Shown: positions 17,086-26,600 of the stretch, one piece after another | Layout: every line of letters begins with the position of its first letter | Numbering within the stretch: the stretch's first letter is position 1 | DNA from: an uncultured bacterium | GTDB lineage: Bacteria > Hydrogenedentota > Hydrogenedentia > Hydrogenedentales > JAEUWI01 | Reading direction: 5' to 3' | DNA length: 27,932 nucleotides | NCBI GenBank assembly: GCA_963977445.1 | Contig: CAXBPH010000071.1 | Location: forward strand, 1 to 27,932 | Position numbers and translations under genes: made by a program | Notes under the pieces: model-generated | What the model was told of the DNA's origin: nothing | Databases searched by the model: none | What the model saw: the letters and a program-made list of their open reading frames with translations, nothing else

Positions 17086-17108
17086 GTGGGACCTGTGGGA
17101 CCTGTGGG
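17086..17108. repeat. 9-bp tandem repeat (GTGGGACCT)x2.5
   Basis: GTGGGACCT GTGGGACCT GTGGG. Confidence 0.6.
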
Positions 17109-17197
17109 TTCCTTTTTACGCTTAGGGCGGGGGTATCCAGGGAAGGTGGCGCAATGGCATCTATTCGATGATGGGCCAAGTGCATGTACTTCCTTCG

Positions 17198-17578
17198 CTA
17201 CTTCCCGCGCACGGCGCCGATGATGCGCTCCATGTGGCTGAGGTAGTCCTTGAGCACCTTTTTCCCATCCTTCGTGATGGCGTATTCCGTTTTGGGCATG
17301 CGCCCTTCGAAGCTCTTGGTGCAACTGATGTAGTTGGCTTCTTCGAGTTTGCGGGCGTGGACGCTCAGGTTGCCGTCGGACGTATCGAGGAGGTGCTTCA
17401 GTTCGGTGAAGGTGAGCTTGTTGTTCACGGCCAGGGCGCTGATAATGGCGAGACGGGTGCGTTCGTGGACGAGGCGGTTGAGGTTGGTGGTGGTTTTCGT
17501 TTCGGGAACGACCACGGCGCTCAAGTCTCCTTTGGTGGTAGTTCTTGCTTTCGCTTTTCGAGCCGTATTGCCAGCCAT
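17198..17578 (-). CDS. Winged helix-turn-helix transcriptional regulator (ArsR/MarR-like, HTH_34 type)
   Basis: LNRLVHERTRLAIISAL..FTELK..SDGNLSVHARKLEEANYI..K.FEGRMPKTEY motif; AGGAAAAGG RBS. Confidence 0.9.
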   Translation of the reverse strand: MAGNTARKAKARTTTKGDLSAVVVPETKTTTNLNRLVHERTRLAIISALAVNNKLTFTELKHLLDTSDGNLSVHARKLEEANYISCTKSFEGRMPKTEYAITKDGKKVLKDYLSHMERIIGAVRGK

Positions 17579-17596
17579 GATTCCTTTTCCTTTTTT

Positions 17597-18232
17597 TTAG
17601 CCGCCGTAGCGGAAATGAACGATAGTACCGGCGATGATGTGGAGGCCGCCGAAACCCAGCACCATCGCGAATTCTCCCACCGGATCGGCGATGGCAAAAC
17701 TCCGGGAACCCCACAGGGTCCAGAAGAGGGTGGCCATGCCCAGGGTCATCATGGTCCCGCCCATAACGGGGAGTACCTTGACCGAGAGCGCACCACCCGC
17801 GACGACGCCCGTGCCGTAAAGCAGGAGCCACATGCCGGGCATGAACGCCTTGAGACCGAGCTCATAAAACATTTCCGTGAGGAAGACGCCCGCAAGGACC
17901 GCCGGTGCCAGATTGAAGGCAAAACGCAGGGCGGCGCGGTGGGTGCTCGGTCCATCATGGCGACGCATCTTGGCCCACGTGGCGATGAGTCCCACCAGAC
18001 AGCCAAGGCAGGCGACCGCGAGCCAGACGAACAGCCACCAATCCCGGGAGTGATGCATTCGTGCTACCTGACCACCCGCCAGGGCAATAAAACCCATGGC
18101 GACCATGCCTTTGCCGGAAATGCCCGTAAAGGGGCTGGAGCGCTCCATGGTCTCCCGGATAAACGAGAGATTGTCCATGGCGCGCGCATGGAGGGCGATA
18201 GGGGCATTTTCTTCGAAGTCTTCCACCGTCAC
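17597..18232 (-). CDS. Multi-pass membrane protein co-transcribed with the HTH regulator
   Basis: AMDNLSFIRETMERS N-terminal motif, about 6 hydrophobic segments and GFGGLHIIAG. Confidence 0.8.
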   Translation of the reverse strand: MTVEDFEENAPIALHARAMDNLSFIRETMERSSPFTGISGKGMVAMGFIALAGGQVARMHHSRDWWLFVWLAVACLGCLVGLIATWAKMRRHDGPSTHRAALRFAFNLAPAVLAGVFLTEMFYELGLKAFMPGMWLLLYGTGVVAGGALSVKVLPVMGGTMMTLGMATLFWTLWGSRSFAIADPVGEFAMVLGFGGLHIIAGTIVHFRYGG

Positions 18233-18287
18233 AATCCTTTCACCGGTTTTCTTTCCCTATTTTACAACGAAATGGTTTTTATGACAA

Positions 18288-18332
18288 GAGCTTGGTGTTA
18301 TAAAGCACAGCAGCTTCCTTTGTAACACAAAG
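18288..18332. promoter_or_regulatory. Two palindromic operator-like sites upstream of the membrane protein/HTH operon
   Basis: GAGCTTGG-TGTTA-TAAAGCAC (18288-18308) and CTTTG-TAACA-CAAAG (18318-18332); both fit CTTTG-N5-CAAAG with the same spacer in opposite orientation. Confidence 0.5.
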
Positions 18333-18514
18333 AGGCTGGGTAGTGCTGCGGGGTAGCGCCATCTCTCCGATGAAATACAGAGGAATCCAGGTAGGCATCC
18401 GTACCGCGTGATCGCATTCACGTCGGGTAATTGAAATCCCGGAGCAAGTCTTTCCATTGGTTTCGCATGGGTTAATTTTCCGGCGGAAGCTGGCCCCGCC
18501 CGCCAGGATTCTGT

Positions 18515-21500
18515 TCACTGGCGAACGATGGTCTCATCCAGATTCAGAATTACCCGTGCTGTCAGCGCCCAGGCGGCAAGGTCGGCCGGGTCCAGATTCG
18601 TCCCGTTGTTGTCGCCAACGATGTCTTGGGGATGGAGGACACCTTCGGCAATGCGCACGCGTTGCGCGTCGAGGAAGGTCGCTAAGGTATCAATCTCAGC
18701 CACTTCGGGCGCGCGGGTGATGCAGCGGCGGAAGGCATAGGCAATACGGCTGCGGTCATCGTCCCCACCATGGGTCAGCGTTGTCTCCGCCAGATGAATG
18801 GCCGACGTGTTGAACACCGGTTCATTCAAGAGCGTCAGGGCCTGCAGGGGGCTGTTGCTCCGTTCGCGACCAGTACAGGGCGCATCGCCCGACGGCGTGT
18901 CAAAGACCTGGAGTGCCGGATAGGGCACACTGCGGAAACGGAAGGTGTAGAGGGCACGGCGATAGGCCTCGGGGCCTTCATCGGTGTCCCAGGTCTTGGG
19001 GCCGTAACTCGCCGGGGGTAGGAACAGGAAGTCCGGTGCCGGTGGGTTCACACTGGGGCCGCCCACCTCGGGATTCAGGAGTCCACTGGCGGCCAGGGCG
19101 ATATCGCGCACCGTTTCGCCCTCGACGCGGAATCGGGCACCCCGTGCGAGGAGGCGGTTGTAGGGGTCTCGCTCCCGCAGCGTGGCGTCCACCATAGAGG
19201 CCTGTCGGTAGGTGGCGGACGTGACGATACGGCGGTGGAGATCTTTCACGTTCCAGCCAGAGTCCATAAAGGTCGTTGCAAGCCAATCGAGTAATTCGGG
19301 ATGGCTCGGTGGGTCGCCCTGCATACCAAAATCCGCCGTGGTGGATACAATACCCACGCCGAAATAACGCTGCCAGACGCGGTTCACGTAGGCCCGCGCC
19401 GTCGTGGGTGCCTCGGGGGACACAAGCCACTTGGCGAAACCGAGTCGGTCCGGCGCGCCTTCCAGGTGCAGGGGATTCAGGAACGCAGGCACCCCAGGAG
19501 TCACCGCTTCCTGTGGACTTAAAAAGTCGCCTCGGTCCAGCCGGTGGGTCACGCGGGTGTCGTCTCGTTTTGCCAAGGCCAACTGGGTCGTGCCATCGGG
19601 CGTGCCCAGCCAGAGTCCGTCGATGCGTTGGTTCAGACGTGCCAGTTCCGGAACCGTCGTGCGCCAATAGCTGAACAATTGGGTCTCTTCCGCTTCGGTC
19701 CATGAATCTTTTTTGACCAGGGCGGCAATGGCCAGGGGCAGGGTAAGCTTCGGGACGGTCTCCCCGTTGGTCACGCTAATGCGAAATCGTCCAATGTTGT
19801 TGGTCTGGTTGTCGTCGCTGTTCCACCCGCCATGGAGCTGGCCCATGCGGATGGCAATGGTGGTTTCCGGCGTAAGGGCCAACGGTTCAGCCAGGGTAAA
19901 AATGGCCTGTTGGGATTGATTACGGCGACCGGGATCGATGTCCGTCGTCCATGCTGTATTACCATCGCCGTCGATGGCCATATCGATGGGGCCGGTATAG
20001 CGCACCGTATCGCCCTTGTCGGGGAACTCGATACCGAGGACCCGGCGGGGCGGGTTGACACTGGCGACGGCCGACGCAATCTTCGCGGGGGCCCATTTGT
20101 CATATTGGGCAATGGGCGTATCGTCCGTGGTGGTGCGCATTTCCATTTCAGAAAGGGCACAGCCACCATAGACCGAGCGGCCGGGACCACTACGGGGCAG
20201 GTTGGGGTCGGTGAGTAATTCCAGGCGGATAGCGGTGATTTTATCGAGGCCACTTTTCGTCGTCATCTTGGGCCAGAAGCGGGTGGGCGCATAGCCCTGG
20301 GCCAGGTAGGAGCCATCGCCCACGGGCAGACACTTCTGGCCGCCCGCCGAAGAGTCATCCATGGTGAAATCAAGCACTTCCCATGCAGGCTCCGAATCTT
20401 TTCGGGCCTCCGCGACCCAGGCCATCATTTCGTCCCGCCAATGGTGTCGGTCCGCCTTGATTTCATTTTCGATGGTGTTGACAAGGTTCAGGATTTCGTC
20501 CCGCTGCTTTTTTTCTTCGTCCGAATAGACGGTGATGCAGGCCTCATAGGAATTGTTGAGGAAGGCCATCATCTGGTAATACTCGGTGTGGGTCAGGGGG
20601 TCATACTTATGGGTGTGACACTGGGCGCAGGCGACGGTTAGCCCGAGCACGGCACGGCCCACCAGATCCATGCGGTTAAACTGGGCCTCCATGCGGAACT
20701 GTTCCGGGTCGATGCCTCCCTCCTCATTAATCATGCTGTTGCGCAAGAACCCCGTGGCAACCCGTTGTTCCTGGGTGGGGTTGGGAAGGCGGTCGCCCGC
20801 GATTTGTTCGATGATGAATTCATTGTACGGCTTGTTCTCATTGAAGGCGTTGATGACCCAATCGCGCCATGCCCAGACCTGCCGGGGCTTGTCCTTTTCA
20901 AAACCATCGGAGTCTGCATACTGCGCCGCATCGAGCCAATGGCGTGCCCAGTGTTCCCCATAGTGGGGTGAGGCCAGGAGGCCTTCGACGACACGCTCAT
21001 ACCAATCGGCGGACGGGTCATTGGTGACGCGGTCAATTTCTTCCAACGTGGGGGGCAGCCCCGTGAGATCGAGGCAGAGTCGACGCAGGAGGGTCAGCCG
21101 ATCCGCTTCCGGCGCGGGCGTCAGGCCCTCGGCATGGAGACGGGCCAGAACGAATTCGTCCACGTCATTGCGGGGCCATTCCGTGTTTTCAATCGTCGGG
21201 ACTGCGACATGCATGGGTTTTTCGAAGGCCCAATGCTTCGTCCGTGGTGCGCCCTCGGCAATCCACCTGCGAATCAGGTCGACTTGCTCCGGCGTGAGGG
21301 CATCGGCCACTTCGGGGGGCGGCATGCGATCTTCCGGGTCCGTTGCCGTGATGCGGCGCAGCAGTTCACTTTCTTCCGGCTTCCCCGGCACGACGACCGT
21401 CGATGCGGGGTCTTCGGTTGGCACATCCAGGCGAAGTTTTGCTTTGCGGGCTTTGTCGTCCGGACCGTGACACTGAAAACAGGCCCCACTGAGTAGCGGG

Positions 21501-21595
21501 CGAATCTGGGATTCATAGGAGACGGTGTTTTCGGAAAAAGTCGGAAACGCGAGCAATAGCCCAGTAACGACGATGAGTAAATTTCTGTACAACAC
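18515..21595 (-). CDS. PSD1 / planctomycete cytochrome c domain protein (DUF1549 + DUF1553)
   Basis: CFQCH heme motif, HWAF, YGEHWARHWLD, CAQCHTHKYDP, PSHPELLDWLA and PLQALTLLN; signal peptide; GAGAGG RBS. Confidence 0.92.
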   Translation of the reverse strand: MLYRNLLIVVTGLLLAFPTFSENTVSYESQIRPLLSGACFQCHGPDDKARKAKLRLDVPTEDPASTVVVPGKPEESELLRRITATDPEDRMPPPEVADALTPEQVDLIRRWIAEGAPRTKHWAFEKPMHVAVPTIENTEWPRNDVDEFVLARLHAEGLTPAPEADRLTLLRRLCLDLTGLPPTLEEIDRVTNDPSADWYERVVEGLLASPHYGEHWARHWLDAAQYADSDGFEKDKPRQVWAWRDWVINAFNENKPYNEFIIEQIAGDRLPNPTQEQRVATGFLRNSMINEEGGIDPEQFRMEAQFNRMDLVGRAVLGLTVACAQCHTHKYDPLTHTEYYQMMAFLNNSYEACITVYSDEEKKQRDEILNLVNTIENEIKADRHHWRDEMMAWVAEARKDSEPAWEVLDFTMDDSSAGGQKCLPVGDGSYLAQGYAPTRFWPKMTTKSGLDKITAIRLELLTDPNLPRSGPGRSVYGGCALSEMEMRTTTDDTPIAQYDKWAPAKIASAVASVNPPRRVLGIEFPDKGDTVRYTGPIDMAIDGDGNTAWTTDIDPGRRNQSQQAIFTLAEPLALTPETTIAIRMGQLHGGWNSDDNQTNNIGRFRISVTNGETVPKLTLPLAIAALVKKDSWTEAEETQLFSYWRTTVPELARLNQRIDGLWLGTPDGTTQLALAKRDDTRVTHRLDRGDFLSPQEAVTPGVPAFLNPLHLEGAPDRLGFAKWLVSPEAPTTARAYVNRVWQRYFGVGIVSTTADFGMQGDPPSHPELLDWLATTFMDSGWNVKDLHRRIVTSATYRQASMVDATLRERDPYNRLLARGARFRVEGETVRDIALAASGLLNPEVGGPSVNPPAPDFLFLPPASYGPKTWDTDEGPEAYRRALYTFRFRSVPYPALQVFDTPSGDAPCTGRERSNSPLQALTLLNEPVFNTSAIHLAETTLTHGGDDDRSRIAYAFRRCITRAPEVAEIDTLATFLDAQRVRIAEGVLHPQDIVGDNNGTNLDPADLAAWALTARVILNLDETIVRQ

Positions 21596-21994
21596 GACGA
21601 CAACAATCCTCTCTCAACCAGGGTGTAGCAGACCATCATCCAGTGTACTCTGTCATGCCGAAGGCTGCAAACCGGACGTGGGGCACCGCAAGGCGTCCTT
21701 TTCATCAGGGGGATAGACATTGTCGCTCGCCCCGGCGCGTCGGTGACCTGTCACAGGGCGCACGAGGGCAAATCACGATTCCCGAAACCAGCTTTGTTTT
21801 ATTCCCGCGAAGTTTGCAATGTGGCAATGTCTGGACAAGGTTTGTCTCGGGCCATTGCTCTATGATGACGCGTAATTATCCGGAGGCTCCCTTCTTTGGG
21901 GTCGCTACCTTTCATCTATACCGGAACGAAGACGACGCTGATGTTGTGCCACTCGGTTTTCGCGCCGGCAATTGCTAAGAAAGTGCAGGTTTAC

Positions 21995-23482
21995 ATGGGG
22001 TTTTCCAAGGCCGCAGTTCCCCTATTGTTGGTCCTCGCCGGTTGTGGCACGGTCCACCCGGAGAAGGATTTCGCGCGGGCGGGCACCCTGATACGGGAGC
22101 GTACCGGTGCCGAAGGGGTCTATACACCGGGAGAAGAAGACGTCACCTTGGGTCTTATCGAATCCCGTCTCGCCGACGGCCTCACGGCTGCCGAAGCGGT
22201 GGATATCGCCCTGTTGAACAACAAGTTGTTTCAGTCCCAGTTTCATGAGATCGGCGTATCCCGTGCCGATGTGGTCCAGTCCGGCCTCTTTGCCAATCCC
22301 GCCCTTTCTTTCAGTGCCCGTTTTCCATCGGGGGGTGGTCGGGCCAACCTCAGTTTTGGTCTCGCCCAGGAGATCGTCGATCTCTGGCAGATGCCCGTGC
22401 GCAAACGCATCGCGAAAAAGCACCTCGAAAACACGGTTTCCAATGTGGTCGCCCTGGCTATCGATCTGGCCACCCGCACCCAGCAGGGTTATGTGCAGAT
22501 TCGTGTCTTGGAAGAGCGCAAAACAATCGCCCGGGACAATCTTGCCTTACTGCGGGGTTCCGAAGAATCCGCGTCGCGACGTTTTGATGCCGGGGAAACC
22601 TCGGTGCTGGACGTGAACCTCGTCCATGCGGAAGTCCTTGCGGCAACCATGGGCCTGGAGGCCCTCGACGCAGAACAGGCCGTGCAGCGGGCAGCCTTTC
22701 ATCGCCTCCTCGGGTTGAGCCGCAATCAGCAGCTTAGCCCCCTGACCGACTCCCTTCCCGTGGGGACACCGGAAATCGCAGACGACGAGGGACTCATTAC
22801 CCGGGCCCTCGATGCACGCATTGACCTCAATGCGGCCGCTGCGGGACTGGATGCAGCGGAGGCGGCTATTGCCAAAGAGCGTCTGGCCGCGTTGCCAAGT
22901 TTGTCGGTTGGCGCGGAAGGGGAACGAACCGATACCCGTGGCCCCAACGCCCTGACGCCGTTGCCGACGGCGGTCGCGGCGTTGTCCGCTCGGGACCGGG
23001 TGATCCAGCGTATGACCGACCAGCGACAGCGGGCCTTTGATCGGAGTCAATCCATCGATTTCCTCTTGGGGCCCAGCCTTCAGGCCACCTTGCCGCTCTG
23101 GGATGGTAACCGCGCCCAGATTGCAAAAGCCCGGTATAAATTCATACAGAAAGAAAAGGAATACGCCGACCTCGTGCTCGGGGTCGTCCAGGAAGTGACC
23201 CAGGCCAATGCACGGGCCCGGTCTGCCGCGGCCCTGCTCCGCCTTTCCCGAGACGAAGCCTTGCCCCTGGCCGCGCAAAATGTGGAGACGGCCCGCCGGG
23301 TCTATGAGGCGGGCGAAGCGAGTATTGTGGCGCTCCTCCTGGCCCAACAGAACTACAACGTGCAGCGTGAGGCGAATGTCCAATACGCGGGTGACTATGC
23401 GACGGCCTCTTTCGAATTGGAGCGCGCCCTGGGTGGCTCCCCAAGCCCCGAATCAACAGACGACGAAGAAGGGGCCGAGTAA
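21995..23482 (+). CDS. TolC-family outer membrane efflux lipoprotein
   Basis: Lipobox LAGC; AVDIALLNN, RFDAGE, LPLWDGNRAQI and YEAGEASIVALL repeats. Likely start ATG 21995. Confidence 0.9.
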   Translation: MGFSKAAVPLLLVLAGCGTVHPEKDFARAGTLIRERTGAEGVYTPGEEDVTLGLIESRLADGLTAAEAVDIALLNNKLFQSQFHEIGVSRADVVQSGLFANPALSFSARFPSGGGRANLSFGLAQEIVDLWQMPVRKRIAKKHLENTVSNVVALAIDLATRTQQGYVQIRVLEERKTIARDNLALLRGSEESASRRFDAGETSVLDVNLVHAEVLAATMGLEALDAEQAVQRAAFHRLLGLSRNQQLSPLTDSLPVGTPEIADDEGLITRALDARIDLNAAAAGLDAAEAAIAKERLAALPSLSVGAEGERTDTRGPNALTPLPTAVAALSARDRVIQRMTDQRQRAFDRSQSIDFLLGPSLQATLPLWDGNRAQIAKARYKFIQKEKEYADLVLGVVQEVTQANARARSAAALLRLSRDEALPLAAQNVETARRVYEAGEASIVALLLAQQNYNVQREANVQYAGDYATASFELERALGGSPSPESTDDEEGAE

Positions 23483-23486
23483 GGTC

Positions 23487-26400
23487 ATGGACGATCTAAA
23501 CACGTCAACTCCGCAGGCCGACGGCGGGGACAAGGAAGCACCCACACGGGGCGCGGGTGTGTTGAATCATGCCACCGCGATTCTGTTTCTCTCTCTTGCG
23601 GTCTGCCTCGCTGGTATTTATGCGGCCTACCGGATGCCCGCCTCCGTCTTCCCCCAGACCGATTTTCCACGGGTCGTCGTGCTGGTGGACAACGGCGTCA
23701 TGCCCGCAGACGAGATGATGGCCACCATTACCCGGCCCATCGAACAAGCCATGAAAGAAATTCCGGGAACCATCAATGTCCGCTCTGCGACGGGGCGGGG
23801 CTCCACCGAAATTAATGTGTTTTTCAAGTGGGGCACCGACACGATACAGTCAGAACTCTACGTGCTCGGTCGTCTGGCCCAGATTCGCAACACCCTCCCG
23901 GCGACGGCGGAGTATGCCGTACATCGCCTGACCTTTTCGTCCTTCCCCGTCATGGGTATCAGCCTGACGAGCGATCAGCGGGATATCACCGACCTCTGGC
24001 AACTGGCAGAATACGAGATTAAACCGAGATTGCTGCGGATTGCCGGAACGGCCCGGGTCAACATCGTTGGTGGCCGTGAACCCGAGTATCAGGTGGTGGT
24101 GGACGGGGCCAAACTCGATGCCCACCAACTTTCTCTGGGCCAGGTCTGCGCCGCCATCGCCCAGACCAACGCCTTCACACCGGCCGGCCTGCACGAGGAA
24201 AACAAACAGCTCTATCTCGTGGTGGTCGATGGCCGCGTGCAGGGCCCCGCCGCCCTGGGCGACATTCCGATTGGCCGGGCCGGTGAATCGCCCCTTTATG
24301 TGAAGGACGTGGCGACGATAGAGCGCAACGCCGCGCCCCAGTTTAATTTGGTCACGGCAGACGGTGTCGACGCCGTGTTGCTGAATGTGTACAGCCAACC
24401 CGATGGGAATACCGTCGGTATTGCCCAGGGTCTTGAAACGGAAATCGCCGCCCTCCGGGAAAGCCTTCCGGGCGACACACGTCTCGCACTTTTCTATGAC
24501 CAATCCATCTTTGTCCGCGAAGGGCAGCGCAGCGTTTGGGACAGTATCGGTTTCGGCTTGCTCCTGTCGCTGGTTGTGCTTTATCTCTTTCTGCGCAATG
24601 GTCCCACCACCCTTGTTGCGGTCATCGCCATTCCGGTCTGCCTCTTGTTGACCCTGGGCTGCATGTATGTCATGGGGTACAGCTTTAACCTCATGACCCT
24701 CGGGGGTATCGCCGCCGCCATTGGCCTCATCATCGACGATGCCATCGTGGTCGCCGAGGCCATGCACACCAAGATTGCGGCGGGCCATCCCCTGCGAGAG
24801 GCTATCGGGCGTGCCGTGAGTGAGGTGGGTCCGGCCCTGGTGGGCAGCACCCTGACCCCGGTTGCCGTGTTTTTGCCCCTGGCCTTGCTGGATGGCGTGC
24901 CCGGCGTATTCTTTCGCGCCCTGGCCTTCACCATGGCGACTTCCCTGCTCCTTTCTCTGCTCCTGGCGGTTACCCTGACCCCCGTGCTCGGGTCCTTACT
25001 CCTGCGGGGTCACCAGAGCGCCCCGGCAGACGAACTGGAGCAAGGCGGCGTGATCTTGCGTCGTCTCATTGCCTTTTATGAGCGCGCCGTGCGTCAGGCC
25101 ATGGCCCACACCCGGCTTGCCGCCGTGGGCGCCCTGGCCGTCATTGCGCTGGCTGCGGTGGGTTTTCGCAGCCTGGACTCGGAGTTTTTGCCGCCCATGG
25201 ACGAAGGGGCCTTCGTCCTCGATTACTTCAGCCCGCCGGGGTCCAGCCTCACCGAAACAGATCGCATGCTTCGCCATGTCGAGGAAATTCTCCAAGCTAC
25301 GCCCGAGGTGGAGAGTTATTCCCGTCGGACGGGTGCGCGTCTGGCCCTGGCCATTGCCGAACCCAACACGGGTGACATTCTGGTGAAGCTGAAGCGAAGC
25401 CGAAGCCGGAGCACGAGCGACGTAGTTGACGCCATCCGTGGGCGCGTCGAAAACGCCGAGCCCGCCCTCAGCATCGAGTTTGCCGGCGTCCTTGGCGATC
25501 TTATCGGTGATTTAACGTGGTCGCCGGCACCGGTCGAGATTAAGCTGTACAGTTCCGACGTAGATGCGTTGAAAGATCTGGCGCCCCGCATTGCGGCGGC
25601 CATTGAATCTGTGCCCGGCGTGGTAGACGTAAACGACGGCCTCGTGGTGGCCGGGCCCTCGGCGACGTTTCAGGTGCGAACCGATGACGCCGCCCGGGCG
25701 GGATTTACCGCGACGCAAATTGGCAGTGAGATGGCAACGGCCCTGCTCGGTAACCCGGTCTCCTATGTGCTCGAAGGGGACCGCATTGTCCCCGTGCGCG
25801 TCGTGGTGGACGCCAAAGAGCGGGAGCGTGAACGGGCCATCAATGGAATGGCCCTCCGTTCGGGGGACGGTACCCGGGTTACCCTCGGCCAGGTGGCCAC
25901 GCTCAAACATACCCCGGGCCTTCTTGAAATGCACCGGGACGACCAGCGTCAACTGATTGCCGTGTCGGCGCGCTTCTCGGGTATCGATTTCGGCTCGGGC
26001 ATCGCCGCCATCCGCGCGGTCATCGCACGGGAGGTGGTGCTCCCACCCAATGTAACCCTCGAGTTTGGTGGCTTGTATCAGCAGCAGCAGGAATCTTTCT
26101 ACAACCTGACCCGGGTCCTGGTCATGGCGGTCTTCCTGGTCTTCACCGTACTGTTGCTCGAATTCCGCACCATCATCCATCCCATCGCAATTGTCAGTGG
26201 GGCCTTGCTCTCCCTCTTCGGCGTGGTGGCCGCACTGTGGCTCACCGGAACGTCCCTCAACATCGTCTCCTTCCTCGGTGCTATCATCGGCTTTGGTATC
26301 GTAGCGAAAAACGGCATTCTTATGCTCGACTTTGTGGACCAACTCCGACACCGTGGTTACTCCCTGGAGGAAGCCCTGGTCCAATCGGGACGGCGGCGCT

Positions 26401-26600
26401 TGCGTCCCGTGTTGATGACTTCCCTTACCGCCTTTCTCGGCCTTCTGCCCCTCGCCTACGGTATCGGTGCGGGGGCCGACATGCTTCGCCCCCTGGCCAT
26501 TGGCGTCATCGGTGCGCTGTGCGTATCCCTGGTACTTTCCCTTATCGCAACCCCACTGGTCTACTACGTGTTGACCAAAACATTCCAGAGGTCCACATGA
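23487..26600 (+). CDS. RND efflux permease (AcrB/CzcA/CusA family)
   Basis: FNLMTLGG, IIDDAIVV, FLPPMDEG, AKNGIL and RLRPVLMT motifs; start ATG 23487 just after the TolC stop. Confidence 0.93.
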   Translation: MDDLNTSTPQADGGDKEAPTRGAGVLNHATAILFLSLAVCLAGIYAAYRMPASVFPQTDFPRVVVLVDNGVMPADEMMATITRPIEQAMKEIPGTINVRSATGRGSTEINVFFKWGTDTIQSELYVLGRLAQIRNTLPATAEYAVHRLTFSSFPVMGISLTSDQRDITDLWQLAEYEIKPRLLRIAGTARVNIVGGREPEYQVVVDGAKLDAHQLSLGQVCAAIAQTNAFTPAGLHEENKQLYLVVVDGRVQGPAALGDIPIGRAGESPLYVKDVATIERNAAPQFNLVTADGVDAVLLNVYSQPDGNTVGIAQGLETEIAALRESLPGDTRLALFYDQSIFVREGQRSVWDSIGFGLLLSLVVLYLFLRNGPTTLVAVIAIPVCLLLTLGCMYVMGYSFNLMTLGGIAAAIGLIIDDAIVVAEAMHTKIAAGHPLREAIGRAVSEVGPALVGSTLTPVAVFLPLALLDGVPGVFFRALAFTMATSLLLSLLLAVTLTPVLGSLLLRGHQSAPADELEQGGVILRRLIAFYERAVRQAMAHTRLAAVGALAVIALAAVGFRSLDSEFLPPMDEGAFVLDYFSPPGSSLTETDRMLRHVEEILQATPEVESYSRRTGARLALAIAEPNTGDILVKLKRSRSRSTSDVVDAIRGRVENAEPALSIEFAGVLGDLIGDLTWSPAPVEIKLYSSDVDALKDLAPRIAAAIESVPGVVDVNDGLVVAGPSATFQVRTDDAARAGFTATQIGSEMATALLGNPVSYVLEGDRIVPVRVVVDAKERERERAINGMALRSGDGTRVTLGQVATLKHTPGLLEMHRDDQRQLIAVSARFSGIDFGSGIAAIRAVIAREVVLPPNVTLEFGGLYQQQQESFYNLTRVLVMAVFLVFTVLLLEFRTIIHPIAIVSGALLSLFGVVAALWLTGTSLNIVSFLGAIIGFGIVAKNGILMLDFVDQLRHRGYSLEEALVQSGRRRLRPVLMTSLTAFLGLLPLAYGIGAGADMLRPLAIGVIGALCVSLVLSLIATPLVYYVLTKTFQRST

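Noticed and set aside
16767..18325. 354-aa minus-strand and 385-aa plus-strand ORFs
   Set aside because: They overlap the well-supported HTH and membrane genes and read through the tandem repeat; the translations are low-complexity.
21824..21858. Imperfect inverted repeat GCAATG..GACAA-GGT-TTGTC..CATTGC upstream of the efflux operon as an operator
   Set aside because: The arms are asymmetric and no cognate regulator is visible; too weak to call.
23208..23486. N-terminal extension of the RND permease given by the ORF track (similar cases at 9471, 11024, 21896, 26237)
   Set aside because: The extensions overlap upstream genes or lack an RBS; downstream starts with RBS, coupling or signal peptides fit better.
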